A stretch of 64,000 nt of DNA, taken from an uncultured Elusimicrobiaceae bacterium. GTDB taxonomy: Bacteria > Elusimicrobiota > Elusimicrobia > Elusimicrobiales > UBA9959. Below the pieces are notes generated by a model. The model was not told the DNA's origin. It saw only the letters and a list, made by a program, of their open reading frames with translations, and did no database searches. The stretch lies in contig CAYQJX010000010.1 in the NCBI GenBank assembly GCA_964417965.1, forward strand, positions 318 to 64,317, read 5' to 3'. Made by a program: the position numbers and the translations under genes. Shown piece by piece: positions 1 to 9,056 of this stretch; within the stretch, counting starts at the first letter, position 1; the number at the start of each line of letters is the position of its first letter.

Positions 1-1293
1 AACGAGTGCTATAACATCATAGCCCGCAATACCGACGGCCTTTACGAGGGCATCGCCATAGGCGGCGACGCCTACCCCGGATCGACCCTGCTTGAGCACA
101 TCCTGCGCTACGAGGCCATCCCGGCCGTTAAGATGATAGTGGCGCTGGGCGAGATAGGCGGCACCGAGGAGCTGCGCATAGTGGAGGCCCTCAAAGCCAA
201 ACAGATAAAGAAGCCGCTGGTCATCTGGGTGACCGGCACCTGCTCCAAGATGTTCCCCGCGGGCGTGCAGTTCGGCCACGCGGGCGCCAAGGCCGGCTCC
301 GACCTGGAGACCGCCGACGCCAAGAACGCCGCGCTTAAAGCCGCCGGCGCGGTAGTGCCGGATTCTTTCGACGACTACGGCGTGAAGATCAACGAGACGT
401 ATGAAAAGCTGGTGAAGAAGGGCGCCATCAAGCCCGCGGCCGAAGTAACTGCCCCGGCGCTGCCGATGGACTTCGCGCAGGCCATGAAGGAAGGCAAGAT
501 CCGCAAGGCCACCACCTTCATCAACACCATCTCCAACGAGAAGAAGGAAGAGCTGGAATACCTGAACATCCCGATCTCCAAAGTGCTCGAGAGCGAGATG
601 GGCATCGGCGGCGTGATAGGCCTGCTCTGGTTCCGCCGGGACCTGCCGGACTACGGCCGCAAGTTCCTGGAGACCGCGCTGATGCTGACCGCCGACCACG
701 GCCCCGCCGTAAGCGGCGCGCATAACGCCATAGTGGCGGCCCGCGCCGGCAAGGACATCATCTCGTCGCTGGCTTCGGGCCTGCTCACCATCGGCCCGCG
801 CTTCGGCGGCGCCATAGACGGCGCGGCGCAGCACTTCAAGCGCGCCTACGACGCCGGCCTTACGCCCGAGCAGTTCATTAAGGACATGAAAGCCAAGGGC
901 ATCAACATCCCCGGCATCGGCCACAAGGTAAAGAGCCTCACCAACCCCGACATGCGCGTGACGCAGCTGAAGGCCTTCTGCAAGAAGAACTTCAAAGATA
1001 CCGCGCTGCTGGACTACGCGCTGGAAGTGGAACAGCTGACCACCGCCAAGAAGGGCAACCTGATCTTGAACGTGGACGGCTGCATAGGCATCTGCTTCGT
1101 GGACATGCTCACCAGCGCCGGCTCGTTCACCAAGGACGAGATCGACAACATCGTCAACATGGGCTGCCTCAACGCCCTGTTCGTGGTGGGCCGCTCCATC
1201 GGCATCTTCGGGCACATCTTCGACCAGAAGCGCCTGAAGCAGCCCCTGTACCGCACCCCCTACGACGAGATAGCCTACATGACGGACCTCTAA
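1..1293 (+). CDS. aclA: ATP citrate lyase alpha subunit, 5'-truncated by the window edge
   Basis: Frame is open from base 1 ([23 protein letters not shown]...). Succinyl-CoA-synthetase-alpha-like phospho-His motif QFGHAGA is followed by a citrate-synthase-like domain ([30 protein letters not shown]). Confidence 0.88.
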   Translation, partial: NECYNIIARNTDGLYEGIAIGGDAYPGSTLLEHILRYEAIPAVKMIVALGEIGGTEELRIVEALKAKQIKKPLVIWVTGTCSKMFPAGVQFGHAGAKAGSDLETADAKNAALKAAGAVVPDSFDDYGVKINETYEKLVKKGAIKPAAEVTAPALPMDFAQAMKEGKIRKATTFINTISNEKKEELEYLNIPISKVLESEMGIGGVIGLLWFRRDLPDYGRKFLETALMLTADHGPAVSGAHNAIVAARAGKDIISSLASGLLTIGPRFGGAIDGAAQHFKRAYDAGLTPEQFIKDMKAKGINIPGIGHKVKSLTNPDMRVTQLKAFCKKNFKDTALLDYALEVEQLTTAKKGNLILNVDGCIGICFVDMLTSAGSFTKDEIDNIVNMGCLNALFVVGRSIGIFGHIFDQKRLKQPLYRTPYDEIAYMTDL

Positions 1294-1306
1294 GCGTCCG
1301 CCTCAC

Positions 1307-1342
1307 AAAAAAAAAGAACCCCGGGCCTCCCCGGGGTTCTTT
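1307..1342. terminator. Bidirectional intrinsic terminator between aclA and the TA operon
   Basis: Stem AAGAACCCCGGG / CCCGGGGTTCTT with a 4-nt loop and a flanking A tract. Confidence 0.8.
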
Positions 1343-1373
1343 AATTCCGGGGAATCCGAGATTGTCTCCGAGA

Positions 1374-1703
1374 TTAGTGCGTGTGGCGGAGCTGGATTAT
1401 GAGGGCGGTGTGGAGGACGGCGGCTATTTTAGCGAGGGTGCGGATGGTGAGGTTCTGGTTGCCGGCTTCGATGCGGGAGATCACGGACTGGGTAGTACCT
1501 ATGGCTTTGGCCAGCTGGCCCTGGGTCAGCTTCGCCTTGGCGCGGGCCTTGGCTATCTGCAGTGCCAGCCGCACTTCGATATCGGCCTTGGCATAAGCCT
1601 CTTTCCAGCGCGGATCGCTCTCCGCGCCGGCAAAGACTTCGTCCAAGGGAACACTTGCGCGTTTCTTTTTCATAAGTTTTCCCAGCCTCTCCGTGAAACC
1701 CAA
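1374..1703 (-). CDS. XRE-family HTH antitoxin (HigA-like)
   Basis: C-terminal HTH (LTQGQLAKAIGTTQSVISRIEAG); lies downstream of and overlaps a RelE-like gene. Confidence 0.8.
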   Translation of the reverse strand: MGFTERLGKLMKKKRASVPLDEVFAGAESDPRWKEAYAKADIEVRLALQIAKARAKAKLTQGQLAKAIGTTQSVISRIEAGNQNLTIRTLAKIAAVLHTALIIQLRHTH

Positions 1704-2035
1704 TCCGACATCGAACTTTTGGACCTTTCTATCTCCGCGGCCGGCACTTCCGGGGACTTCTTCAAAAACGCATTAGTAACCACTACAAACTCTTTCCAGA
1801 ACGAGTACAAGAACCTGTGCTGGTGATGCAGGATAATGATCCGCAGCTCCCATACTCCGTCCCGGAGATACTTTCCATACTCATCCGGCAGCTCCGGCCC
1901 CAGTTCGGCCAAAGCTTTAAACCATCTTTTCGCCTTGGCCTGGTGGTTAATATCCATTGCCCGCGCATAATCGCAAGCCTGGCATCTCCCGCCCGCGTTG
2001 CGGTAAAAATAAACCTTATATTTAGCCCCGTCCAT
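1670..2035 (-). CDS. RelE/HigB-like toxin (Gp49/DUF891 type)
   Basis: GVWELR, HRFLY and NAFLKKSPEVP..EIER motifs; toxin-first order. Start taken at MDGAKY (2035); alternative ATG at 2047. Confidence 0.75.
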   Translation of the reverse strand: MDGAKYKVYFYRNAGGRCQACDYARAMDINHQAKAKRWFKALAELGPELPDEYGKYLRDGVWELRIIILHHQHRFLYSFWKEFVVVTNAFLKKSPEVPAAEIERSKSSMSDWVSRRGWENL

Positions 2036-2063
2036 ATTATAGCACATATGCTATGTTTGTCAA
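2036..2063 (-). promoter_or_regulatory. Consensus sigma-70 promoter of the TA operon, containing a palindromic operator
   Basis: Minus strand TTGACA(2063-2058)-N16-TATAAT(2041-2036); inverted repeat ATAGCA-CATA-TGCTAT at 2039-2054. Confidence 0.7.
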
Positions 2064-2084
2064 CAGCAATGCCCCCGTTCGCTA

Positions 2085-2121
2085 ATAGTCTACCAGACCG
2101 CCCCGACACCATACTGTCGGG
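2085..2121 (-). promoter_or_regulatory. PafBC/RecA-NDp-like promoter, copy 1
   Basis: Minus strand CCCGACA-N6-TGTCGGG-N8-GTAGACTAT, with spacing identical to the copy upstream of recA. Confidence 0.65.
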
Positions 2122-2216
2122 GGAATTTTGGTTATTTCGGCCTCGGGAAAAGACCCCAGGCCTCCGCGGGGGGCGCCCGGCGCGGGCTGCCTCACTGTAT
2201 TTGATAAGATTGAAAC

Positions 2217-2492
2217 ATGGACCCTGCAGCTCAGAACGACCTCGGACAGCTGGCGGCCAAAAGCTCCGCCGGGATACTTGCTGGGCTCACCGTCTGGGGG
2301 CTTGTAGCCGGACTAGTTGTTTCCGCCGTTGGTTTTTTTTATTTCAGGTACGGGAAGCAGAATAACAGTTTTTTCACCATGGGCACCGGGGTGGCGCTCA
2401 TGGCCTTCCCTTATTTTGTCACGCAGACGCTGTATATCGTTCTTATCGCCGCCGGCCTGATCCTCTTCCACCGCTTCTCCGGAAACAGCTAA
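2217..2492 (+). CDS. Small membrane protein, hypothetical
   Basis: 91 aa with about 3 hydrophobic segments; TAAGAT -10 box 6 nt before the ATG. Confidence 0.65.
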   Translation: MDPAAQNDLGQLAAKSSAGILAGLTVWGLVAGLVVSAVGFFYFRYGKQNNSFFTMGTGVALMAFPYFVTQTLYIVLIAAGLILFHRFSGNS

Positions 2493-2504
2493 TTCGGCTA
2501 CGCC

Positions 2505-3542
2505 CTACCAGCATTTATTGCTATTAAAATCGCCGTGCCAGTCATCCAGGTCGCATTCGCGCATGCCGTCCGGCTGTACCACATTGATGAAAGAATAGAA
2601 GCGGCGCCATTCGCCCAGGGTGGCTATTTCGGTCTTGCCGGCCCAGGCGTCCACGTAGATAGCCGTGCGCAGCGGGTCCGTGCCCCTGGGCCAGACCAGC
2701 GCCACAAAATGCGGCAGCAGCTTCCAGCCGTACATCGCCGCCGTGTCGTATTTGGCGGTGAGGTTCTTATCCGCGCGCAGCGCGTCCACGGAAGCGAAGG
2801 CCCAGCTGCTGCAGCCGGAATCCGGGATCTCCCTGTCGGCGCCGATGCGCCTGAGGAAAGGGTTCAAGGCCTGGCGGGCGTTTCCGTTCCAGCCGTGCAC
2901 GTGGCCGGCGGAGTCGCGTTTGGCGCGCGCGGCCTCTACCAGCCCGCGTATCCTGGCCATGTCGCCCCCGCCAAACCCGCGGGCCGCGAAACGGGAATCG
3001 TCCGGTCCGTCGCCAAGCGCTATACCTTTGTTCCCGGCGCGGCCGGCGAACCCCGCAGGGGCGGCTTCGCCATCCGGCTCCGGGTACAACGTAGCGGCGA
3101 AACCGGGCTCCATGTAAACCTGGGCGGCGCTCCTGTCCGCGCCGGTAAGGGCGTGCGCCTTGGCGTGCGTCAGCAGGTCCCGCACCGCGGCCAGCTTTTT
3201 CCTGGCGAAATCTTCTTCGGCCGGACCGAGGTCCTGGCCCAGCGCCAGCAGGTGCTGCTCTCCTACCGAGCGCAGCAGGCGCTCGGCCTGTTCCACGTTC
3301 CAGCGCGCCCGCAGGGCGCGGGAGAACTCCAGCCCTTCGCTGGAACCGCTCTCCGCCACGGCTTCGGCGGCGGCGGGTACGGCGGGGACGTCTACTGAAG
3401 AGGAATCCATTCCGGAGGCCCAGCCAGAATCGCGCGGCGCGTCCCTGAAGTCGGAAGGACGGGAACAAAGCGCCGGCCCCCCGGCCGCAAAAAGGGCCGA
3501 GGCGCAGAAGAAAGCGAAAACAGCTAAGCTCCTGTTCTCCAT
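2505..3542 (-). CDS. Secreted protein with a candidate papain/transglutaminase-like Cys-His-Asp domain
   Basis: N-terminal signal peptide; GCSSWA...PHFVALV...YVDAW order near the C-terminus. Confidence 0.55.
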   Translation of the reverse strand: MENRSLAVFAFFCASALFAAGGPALCSRPSDFRDAPRDSGWASGMDSSSVDVPAVPAAAEAVAESGSSEGLEFSRALRARWNVEQAERLLRSVGEQHLLALGQDLGPAEEDFARKKLAAVRDLLTHAKAHALTGADRSAAQVYMEPGFAATLYPEPDGEAAPAGFAGRAGNKGIALGDGPDDSRFAARGFGGGDMARIRGLVEAARAKRDSAGHVHGWNGNARQALNPFLRRIGADREIPDSGCSSWAFASVDALRADKNLTAKYDTAAMYGWKLLPHFVALVWPRGTDPLRTAIYVDAWAGKTEIATLGEWRRFYSFINVVQPDGMRECDLDDWHGDFNSNKCW

Positions 3543-3690
3543 AAAAGCCTCATCATAGTGTAGGGTCCCCCCCGTAAATTGTCAAGGTACCTTAGGCACC
3601 CCTCCCGGCGCCGCGGCCTTCAGGAACCCGAGTCTTTAAACGTTTTTACCTATTAGGTATACTTTCTCTATACCGGGCACAGGAGACCAC

Positions 3691-4929
3691 ATGAAAGACC
3701 AGATACTTAAAAAAATCGAGACCTATGAGAATTACGCCATAGAGATACAGCGCGGCCTCACCGCCATACCGGCGCTGGCCCCGTCCTCCGGCGGCAACGG
3801 CGAATACGACAAGGCCGTTTGGCTGGAAGGCGAGCTGAAGAAGCTGAAGTTCGACTCCATAGAATGGATCAACGCCCCCCAGAAGGAAGCCAAGAACGGC
3901 ATCCGCCCCAACGTCATCGCCCGCTACAAGGGCAAGAGCTCGAAGAAGACCATCTGGTTCATGGCCCACCTGGACATCGTTCCCCCCGGCGAGGCCAAGC
4001 TGTGGAAGACCGACCCTTATAAGATGGAAGTGCAGGGCCGCAACCTGATAGGCCGCGGCGTGGAGGACAACCAGCAGGCCATAGCGTCGAGCCTCATGGT
4101 GGTGAAAGCCATGATGGAGCTGGACTACCGGCCCGAGTACGACATCGCCCTGCTGTTCTGCGCCGACGAGGAGACCGGCTCCGGCTACGGCGCCGACTAC
4201 ATTTCCGACAACAGGCCCGACATCTTCGGCAAAGAGGACATGTTCTTCGTGCCCGACTCCGGCTGCGAGGACGGCTCGCTGATAGAGGTGGCCGAGAAGT
4301 CCATCATGTGGATGAAGGTCATCACCAAGGGCAAGCAGTGCCACGCCAGCCGCCCGTCGCTCGGCATCAACGCCTTCAAGGCGGCCAGCGAGCTGGTGGT
4401 TAAGTACCAGGGCCTCTACGAGAAGTTCCCCCACAAGGACGCCCTCTACGAGCCCCCGATCAGCACCTTCGAGCCCACCAAGAAAGAGGCCAACGTGCCC
4501 AACGTCAACACCCTGCCCGGCGAGGACGTGTTCTACATGGACTGCCGCGTAATGCCGGTGTACCAGCTCACCGACGTGAAGGCCGAAATGCGCCGCCTGG
4601 CCGACGAGGTGGAGAAAAAGCACGGCGTGAAGATCTCCTTCGAGCCGCAGCAGGAAGCGCAGGCCGCGCCCCCCACCGACCCGAACGCCGACATAGTGGT
4701 GGAACTGAAGAAGGCCATCAAGGAAATTCTCAACGTGGAGCCCAAGGCCTACGGCATAGGCGGCGGCACGGTGGCCGCTTTCTTCCGGCGTCTGCACCTG
4801 CCGGTGGTGGTGTACTCCCGCCTCAACGAGACGGCGCACATGCCCAACGAGTCCTGCGTGATAGACCACATGATGGGCGACGCCAAGGTGTTCGCCGTCA
4901 CCACGCTGAACCTCTGCGCCAAGAAGTAA
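3691..4929 (+). CDS. M20 family metallo-hydrolase (ArgE/DapE-like)
   Basis: AHLDIVP, GRGVEDN, ADEETGS and AHMPNE metal-ligand motifs; AGGAG RBS. Confidence 0.88.
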   Translation: MKDQILKKIETYENYAIEIQRGLTAIPALAPSSGGNGEYDKAVWLEGELKKLKFDSIEWINAPQKEAKNGIRPNVIARYKGKSSKKTIWFMAHLDIVPPGEAKLWKTDPYKMEVQGRNLIGRGVEDNQQAIASSLMVVKAMMELDYRPEYDIALLFCADEETGSGYGADYISDNRPDIFGKEDMFFVPDSGCEDGSLIEVAEKSIMWMKVITKGKQCHASRPSLGINAFKAASELVVKYQGLYEKFPHKDALYEPPISTFEPTKKEANVPNVNTLPGEDVFYMDCRVMPVYQLTDVKAEMRRLADEVEKKHGVKISFEPQQEAQAAPPTDPNADIVVELKKAIKEILNVEPKAYGIGGGTVAAFFRRLHLPVVVYSRLNETAHMPNESCVIDHMMGDAKVFAVTTLNLCAKK

Positions 4930-4940
4930 AGCCTTAAAAT

Positions 4941-4982
4941 AAAAATACGGCGCCGGTTAACACCCGGCGCCGTATTTTTTTA
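4941..4982. terminator. Bidirectional intrinsic terminator
   Basis: AAAAATACGGCGCCGG-loop-CCGGCGCCGTATTTTT between convergent genes. Confidence 0.85.
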
Positions 4983-4993
4983 TCCCAGCGGAG

Positions 4994-5902
4994 CTATTTG
5001 GCTTTCAGCACCGCTATGTTCCCGGTTTTGGATGTGGCGAGCACCTGGAAGGAGCCGCCGCCGGCGAAATCGTTCTTTACAGAGCCAGTGTCGCTCTTCA
5101 GGCTGGCGCTGATAGCGGCCTCCAGCGGAAAGACCAGCGAGATGTCCGCGCCCCCGGTCTTAACGCTGGCCGTTCCGGAAGCGGGGACCGTGGCCCATTC
5201 CATGGCTACGCTGCCGGCGCCGATATCTATAGCCGCCGGCCCGCAGAGTCCTTTCAGAGCCACCTTCGAGCCGCGCCCCTTGACGATCAGCTGTTTAGCG
5301 CAGAACTCCCCGGAAATATCGGCCAGGCCGAGGTCCGCCTCCACCACGCCGGCCATACCGGAAACGTTTACCTTGCCCATGCCGGACTTGGCTTTAAGAT
5401 CCACTCCAGAGGGGGCCCGCACCTTGAAGCCCGCCGGACAAAAGGTCCATTTCCGGTTGCTCTCCGCCTTGAGCAGAAGCGTGCCGTCCCGCAACTCCAC
5501 GCTCAGCGCGCATTTGCGGGGATCGCCGCCAAAAATCTCCACCGTAACGTCCCCTTCTCCGCCCGCCACCGTGACCGGCCCTGTCTCCGTATCCACGGAG
5601 ATCTCTTTTATCTCGGCTGCGGGGAAAATCCAGATCTTCCCCCCTATGATCGGGACCAGTGGCGGCACCGGGTCTTCGGAAGGAGGCAGTTCACTGGGGT
5701 CGCCGGGCTCCGGGATGATGATAGGATCGGGGTTGGGCGGGAGTTCCGGGATGATAGGGGATTCGTCGTCCTTGCCGCCCGAACGGATGGAATCGGCGGC
5801 CGCGCTATAAGCCGTCCCGGACGAAACTACGCCGGCAAAAGCGGCGGCCCCCAGGCCGAAGATCAATATCGCCGCGAGGGCGGCCAGGATCGTCTTTTTC
5901 AT
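4994..5902 (-). CDS. Secreted DUF4097/adhesin-like beta-strand repeat protein with a Pro-rich linker
   Basis: Signal peptide, PIIPELPPNPDP linker and repeated G-x-V/I beta strands; paralog of 9057-9857. Confidence 0.7.
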   Translation of the reverse strand: MKKTILAALAAILIFGLGAAAFAGVVSSGTAYSAAADSIRSGGKDDESPIIPELPPNPDPIIIPEPGDPSELPPSEDPVPPLVPIIGGKIWIFPAAEIKEISVDTETGPVTVAGGEGDVTVEIFGGDPRKCALSVELRDGTLLLKAESNRKWTFCPAGFKVRAPSGVDLKAKSGMGKVNVSGMAGVVEADLGLADISGEFCAKQLIVKGRGSKVALKGLCGPAAIDIGAGSVAMEWATVPASGTASVKTGGADISLVFPLEAAISASLKSDTGSVKNDFAGGGSFQVLATSKTGNIAVLKAK

Positions 5903-6009
5903 TTTCAGTTTTCCCCTATTCCCACAGTACTGTTATCTTACAATACCCGGGCTCCGCGCGACAGGGCTTTTGGACCTAAGAGGAGCCTGGGCCCATAGCC
6001 GGCCTGGCG

Positions 6010-7500
6010 CTAAGCCCAGGGCGGTTCTTTGCCGGCAACTTTAATCCAGCTTATCGTAGAAAATTTTTCAGGGGAATGCCCGGTCTCCAGGCAGAGGTCG
6101 GTAAACCCCATCTCCTTGAGCTGTACCGCGATCTCCTCCCCCCTTATGCCGTCGCCCAGGTTGGAATCGATGTAGATGGGGGTGTCCTTGGCCACCCCTC
6201 CGGCCGAGGCCAGGAAATCGGCCGGGGCTGAGAAAACAAGGAGCTCTACGCCGTGGACGCGGGCGGCGGTCTTCCAGTTTATGCGCACCAGCGCGTCGTC
6301 GTCAATAAGCACCGCGGTCTTCGGAGCGGCCTGCGGTACCGCTTCCGGCAGGTCTATCGTCACTTCGGTCCCGGCGCCTGGCCGGGAAGTTATACTGAGG
6401 CTGCCGCCCCAGCCCTCGGCGCAGGAGCGGGCGTGGTAAAGGCCGAGCCCGGTGCCGCCGGCCTTGCCGTGCGTGGCGCCCTTCTGCCCCAGCCGGGAGA
6501 GTATCTCCGGCGGTATGCCCTTCCCGTCGTCGCGCACCTTCAGCGTCACCCTGCCGCCGCCCCGGGACAGGCCCACCGACACGCGGCCGGCGCCGTCCAG
6601 GGCCTCCACGGCGTTATTTACGAGGTTGGACACCAGGCGGCGCAGCTCCGCCGGGTGAACCCTGGCCCTGGCTTCTGCTTCTCCGGAAAACTCTATCACC
6701 AGGCCGGCCCGGGAAGAGTACTGGGCCCGTTTCTCGGCCAGCACCGGAGAGACCAGGGACTTAAGGTCGTGCGCGGAAGCGGCCTTCGCGGCCGGGGCGG
6801 CGGCGCCGGGCGCCCTGTAATTTTCAAGCAGGTCCCTGGCTATTTCGCCGATGCGCCCCAGCGCGCCGCGGGCCAGCTCACGCCTTTCCTCAGGCAGGGC
6901 GGAGAAATCCGCGAGGGAGGAGTCCAGCGCGGCCAGCGGCGACCTGATGTCGTGCGCCACCTGGGCGGCCAGCGCCGAATAGGATTCTTTTATGCGCAGG
7001 TCCAGGAGCAGGGTATAGTCTTTTATCAGCCTGCGCCGCTCCCTCAGCGCCACCGGCAGCGAGAGCAGCGCCAGGAGCAGCCAGGACAAGACGCCCCAGG
7101 CGGCCGGAGTCCAGCGGGGGTAGTAGAACAACAGTTCCCCGGCCGGGACCTTCTTGTCTTCGTCGAAATAAACGCCTACCCGGGAAGAAGCGTAGAGCAT
7201 CCCGGAGGAGCTCTCGGCGCCGGCCGGCACGCTGAACCCTTTCTCCTGCCCAGCGGGCTTCCAGGCCATGCCGGCAAAGTCGCGCGAAATGGAGGAGGGC
7301 ATGGTGGTTATCACGTGGCGCGCGTCCCCGGCCAGCAGCGAGTCGCGGGAAGCGGCGGCCAGCTGCCTGGCCAGCCGGGCCTTGAAGTAACCCGTAAAAA
7401 GCAGCGACAGCGCCAAGGCCGCGACAAAGATCACCGCCTGGAAAAGCAGGAACTTAACGGCGAGCTGGCGCACGGATCTTTTAATTTCAGGGTCCATCAC
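6010..7500 (-). CDS. Membrane hybrid histidine kinase (HisKA-HATPase-REC), copy 1
   Basis: Two TM helices; H-box VAHDIRSPL, N-box NLVNNAVEA, DDGKG and GTGLGL; C-terminal receiver (IDDD...IDS...ETG...GKEPPWA). Confidence 0.9.
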   Translation of the reverse strand: MMDPEIKRSVRQLAVKFLLFQAVIFVAALALSLLFTGYFKARLARQLAAASRDSLLAGDARHVITTMPSSISRDFAGMAWKPAGQEKGFSVPAGAESSSGMLYASSRVGVYFDEDKKVPAGELLFYYPRWTPAAWGVLSWLLLALLSLPVALRERRRLIKDYTLLLDLRIKESYSALAAQVAHDIRSPLAALDSSLADFSALPEERRELARGALGRIGEIARDLLENYRAPGAAAPAAKAASAHDLKSLVSPVLAEKRAQYSSRAGLVIEFSGEAEARARVHPAELRRLVSNLVNNAVEALDGAGRVSVGLSRGGGRVTLKVRDDGKGIPPEILSRLGQKGATHGKAGGTGLGLYHARSCAEGWGGSLSITSRPGAGTEVTIDLPEAVPQAAPKTAVLIDDDALVRINWKTAARVHGVELLVFSAPADFLASAGGVAKDTPIYIDSNLGDGIRGEEIAVQLKEMGFTDLCLETGHSPEKFSTISWIKVAGKEPPWA

Positions 7501-9011
7501 TTTCTCCTAAGCCGCCATAAAGGATCTCCGGCGATAGCCGCCGGGTAATTGAATTCCCACGGCGCGCGCGCCAGCGAAGCGTAAGGCATAAGGCCGATAG
7601 GCAGGGCGCGCGCGCCGGCCAGGGTCTTGTAATGCAGTTCCCGGAGCATGGCCATCCGCTCTTTCTTGCCCGGGCAGGCCACGTAAGCGGCCAGCCACTT
7701 CTCTTTGGCCTCCGGGCTCAGGTCGAAGAACTCGAGGTCCAGGTAGTACAGCACCAGGCCGATATCGTCCTGGTAGCCGATGTCGCTGCCCAAAAGGAAA
7801 AAATCGGGTTTAGGCGGGTTTTTCCTGTCCTTGAGCGGCGCGGTATCGGCGTAGGCTATCCCCGGCAGCCATTTTTTTATTTCGTCCCCGTCCAGCCAGA
7901 AATAACTGTAGAGACGCCTGGCCTCTACCGTCTTATTTATCACCAGTTCAGGCCCGCCGTCCAGCCGGGCGCGGACATCTTCCAGCTGGGCCCTGGACAG
8001 CGCGCCCTCCATGTTGAACAGCTGGTGCGGGGTCTCGTTCATGCGCCGACGGGCGGGATAAAGCGCGCGCAGCTTCCTGGCTATAAAAAATCTTTCCTCC
8101 CTGGAAAGCCGCTTCAGCCCGCGGTCGGTGAAGACGATGTAGATAATCCTGACCGGCCGCGTAAAGTGCACGGAGTAGCCGGGGTGGGCGGCGGCGAAGT
8201 CGGCCTTATCCTCCGGTTTAAGGACCAGGCCGATCGACAGATAGTCGGCCGTGCCGCCCGAGAGCGTGGCGAGGGACTCCTCGTTGGTGTTGTATTTTTT
8301 AAGACTGACTATCCTGACCTGCCGCGGCATTTTAGAGGAGTAGCGGTAATGCGCGGGGTTGGCCCGGAGCACCATGTCCCCCAGGCCCAGGTCGGCGTCC
8401 ACGTAATACGGCCCCGACGTATTGCGGTAGTCTGTTATCTTCAGGGTCGCCGGGTCTACGGAGCCGCGCGGGATTACGGAGTAGGCCGCGTTGGTCAGCA
8501 GGTGGAAAAGAAAAGGTTTTGGCCCGCCGAGCTTCATCACCAGCCGGCGGCCACCGTCGCGCACCTCCAGGCCCGGGCAGGGGTCCTGCAGGTTTTTCAG
8601 GCTGCTCCGCCCGCACAGCATGCGGCCGAGGAAACTGTAGCTGGTGCCGCCCAGGACGAAGGCTCTTTTCAGGCTCTGTTCGGCGTCGAAGGCGTCTATC
8701 GGCCGGCCGCCAACGGTCTTAAGGCCGGGGCGCATGGTGAAGACGGCTTCTCTCCCCGCCCATTCGAACTGCCCGGCCAGCTCGGAAACCAGCTCGTTGC
8801 CGGAAGAATAGCCCACCAGCGGGCTGAAGAGGTTCTCGGAAAAAAAGTAGTCCCGCGTGTAGTTGAGCGAGACCGGGTCATAGACGGAAGGAGGGTTGGA
8901 CGAATCCATCAGCAGCTTCAGCGCGCCGGGTTCCTGCGCCCTGAAAACGGCGAAAGCCGAATAAAGCGCCGCCCCGATAAGAAGGGGCGGAAATATTATT
9001 CGGAGTTTCAT
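7497..9011 (-). CDS. Family-5 (OppA/DppA-like) solute-binding protein, no ABC permease adjacent
   Basis: N-terminal anchor; LFSPLV...ELVSELA...FTMRPG and SGPYYV segments; stop overlaps the kinase start. Start set at ATG 9011 (alternative TTG 9047). Confidence 0.72.
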   Translation of the reverse strand: MKLRIIFPPLLIGAALYSAFAVFRAQEPGALKLLMDSSNPPSVYDPVSLNYTRDYFFSENLFSPLVGYSSGNELVSELAGQFEWAGREAVFTMRPGLKTVGGRPIDAFDAEQSLKRAFVLGGTSYSFLGRMLCGRSSLKNLQDPCPGLEVRDGGRRLVMKLGGPKPFLFHLLTNAAYSVIPRGSVDPATLKITDYRNTSGPYYVDADLGLGDMVLRANPAHYRYSSKMPRQVRIVSLKKYNTNEESLATLSGGTADYLSIGLVLKPEDKADFAAAHPGYSVHFTRPVRIIYIVFTDRGLKRLSREERFFIARKLRALYPARRRMNETPHQLFNMEGALSRAQLEDVRARLDGGPELVINKTVEARRLYSYFWLDGDEIKKWLPGIAYADTAPLKDRKNPPKPDFFLLGSDIGYQDDIGLVLYYLDLEFFDLSPEAKEKWLAAYVACPGKKERMAMLRELHYKTLAGARALPIGLMPYASLARAPWEFNYPAAIAGDPLWRLRRK

Positions 9012-9056
9012 CCAGATAATTGTGCCTTTTTTGCCGAGCTCCCGCAATTTGGGCGC

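Noticed and set aside
1-1293. ACL as proof of autotrophic reverse TCA
   Set aside because: No other rTCA genes are in the window, and ACL has heterotrophic roles.
3556-6000. GGNCC-rich stretches upstream of some secreted-protein genes (about 3560-3600 and 5960-6000; similar at 63650-63710)
   Set aside because: No consistent consensus or spacing could be fixed by eye in GC-rich DNA; MEME on upstream regions would be needed.
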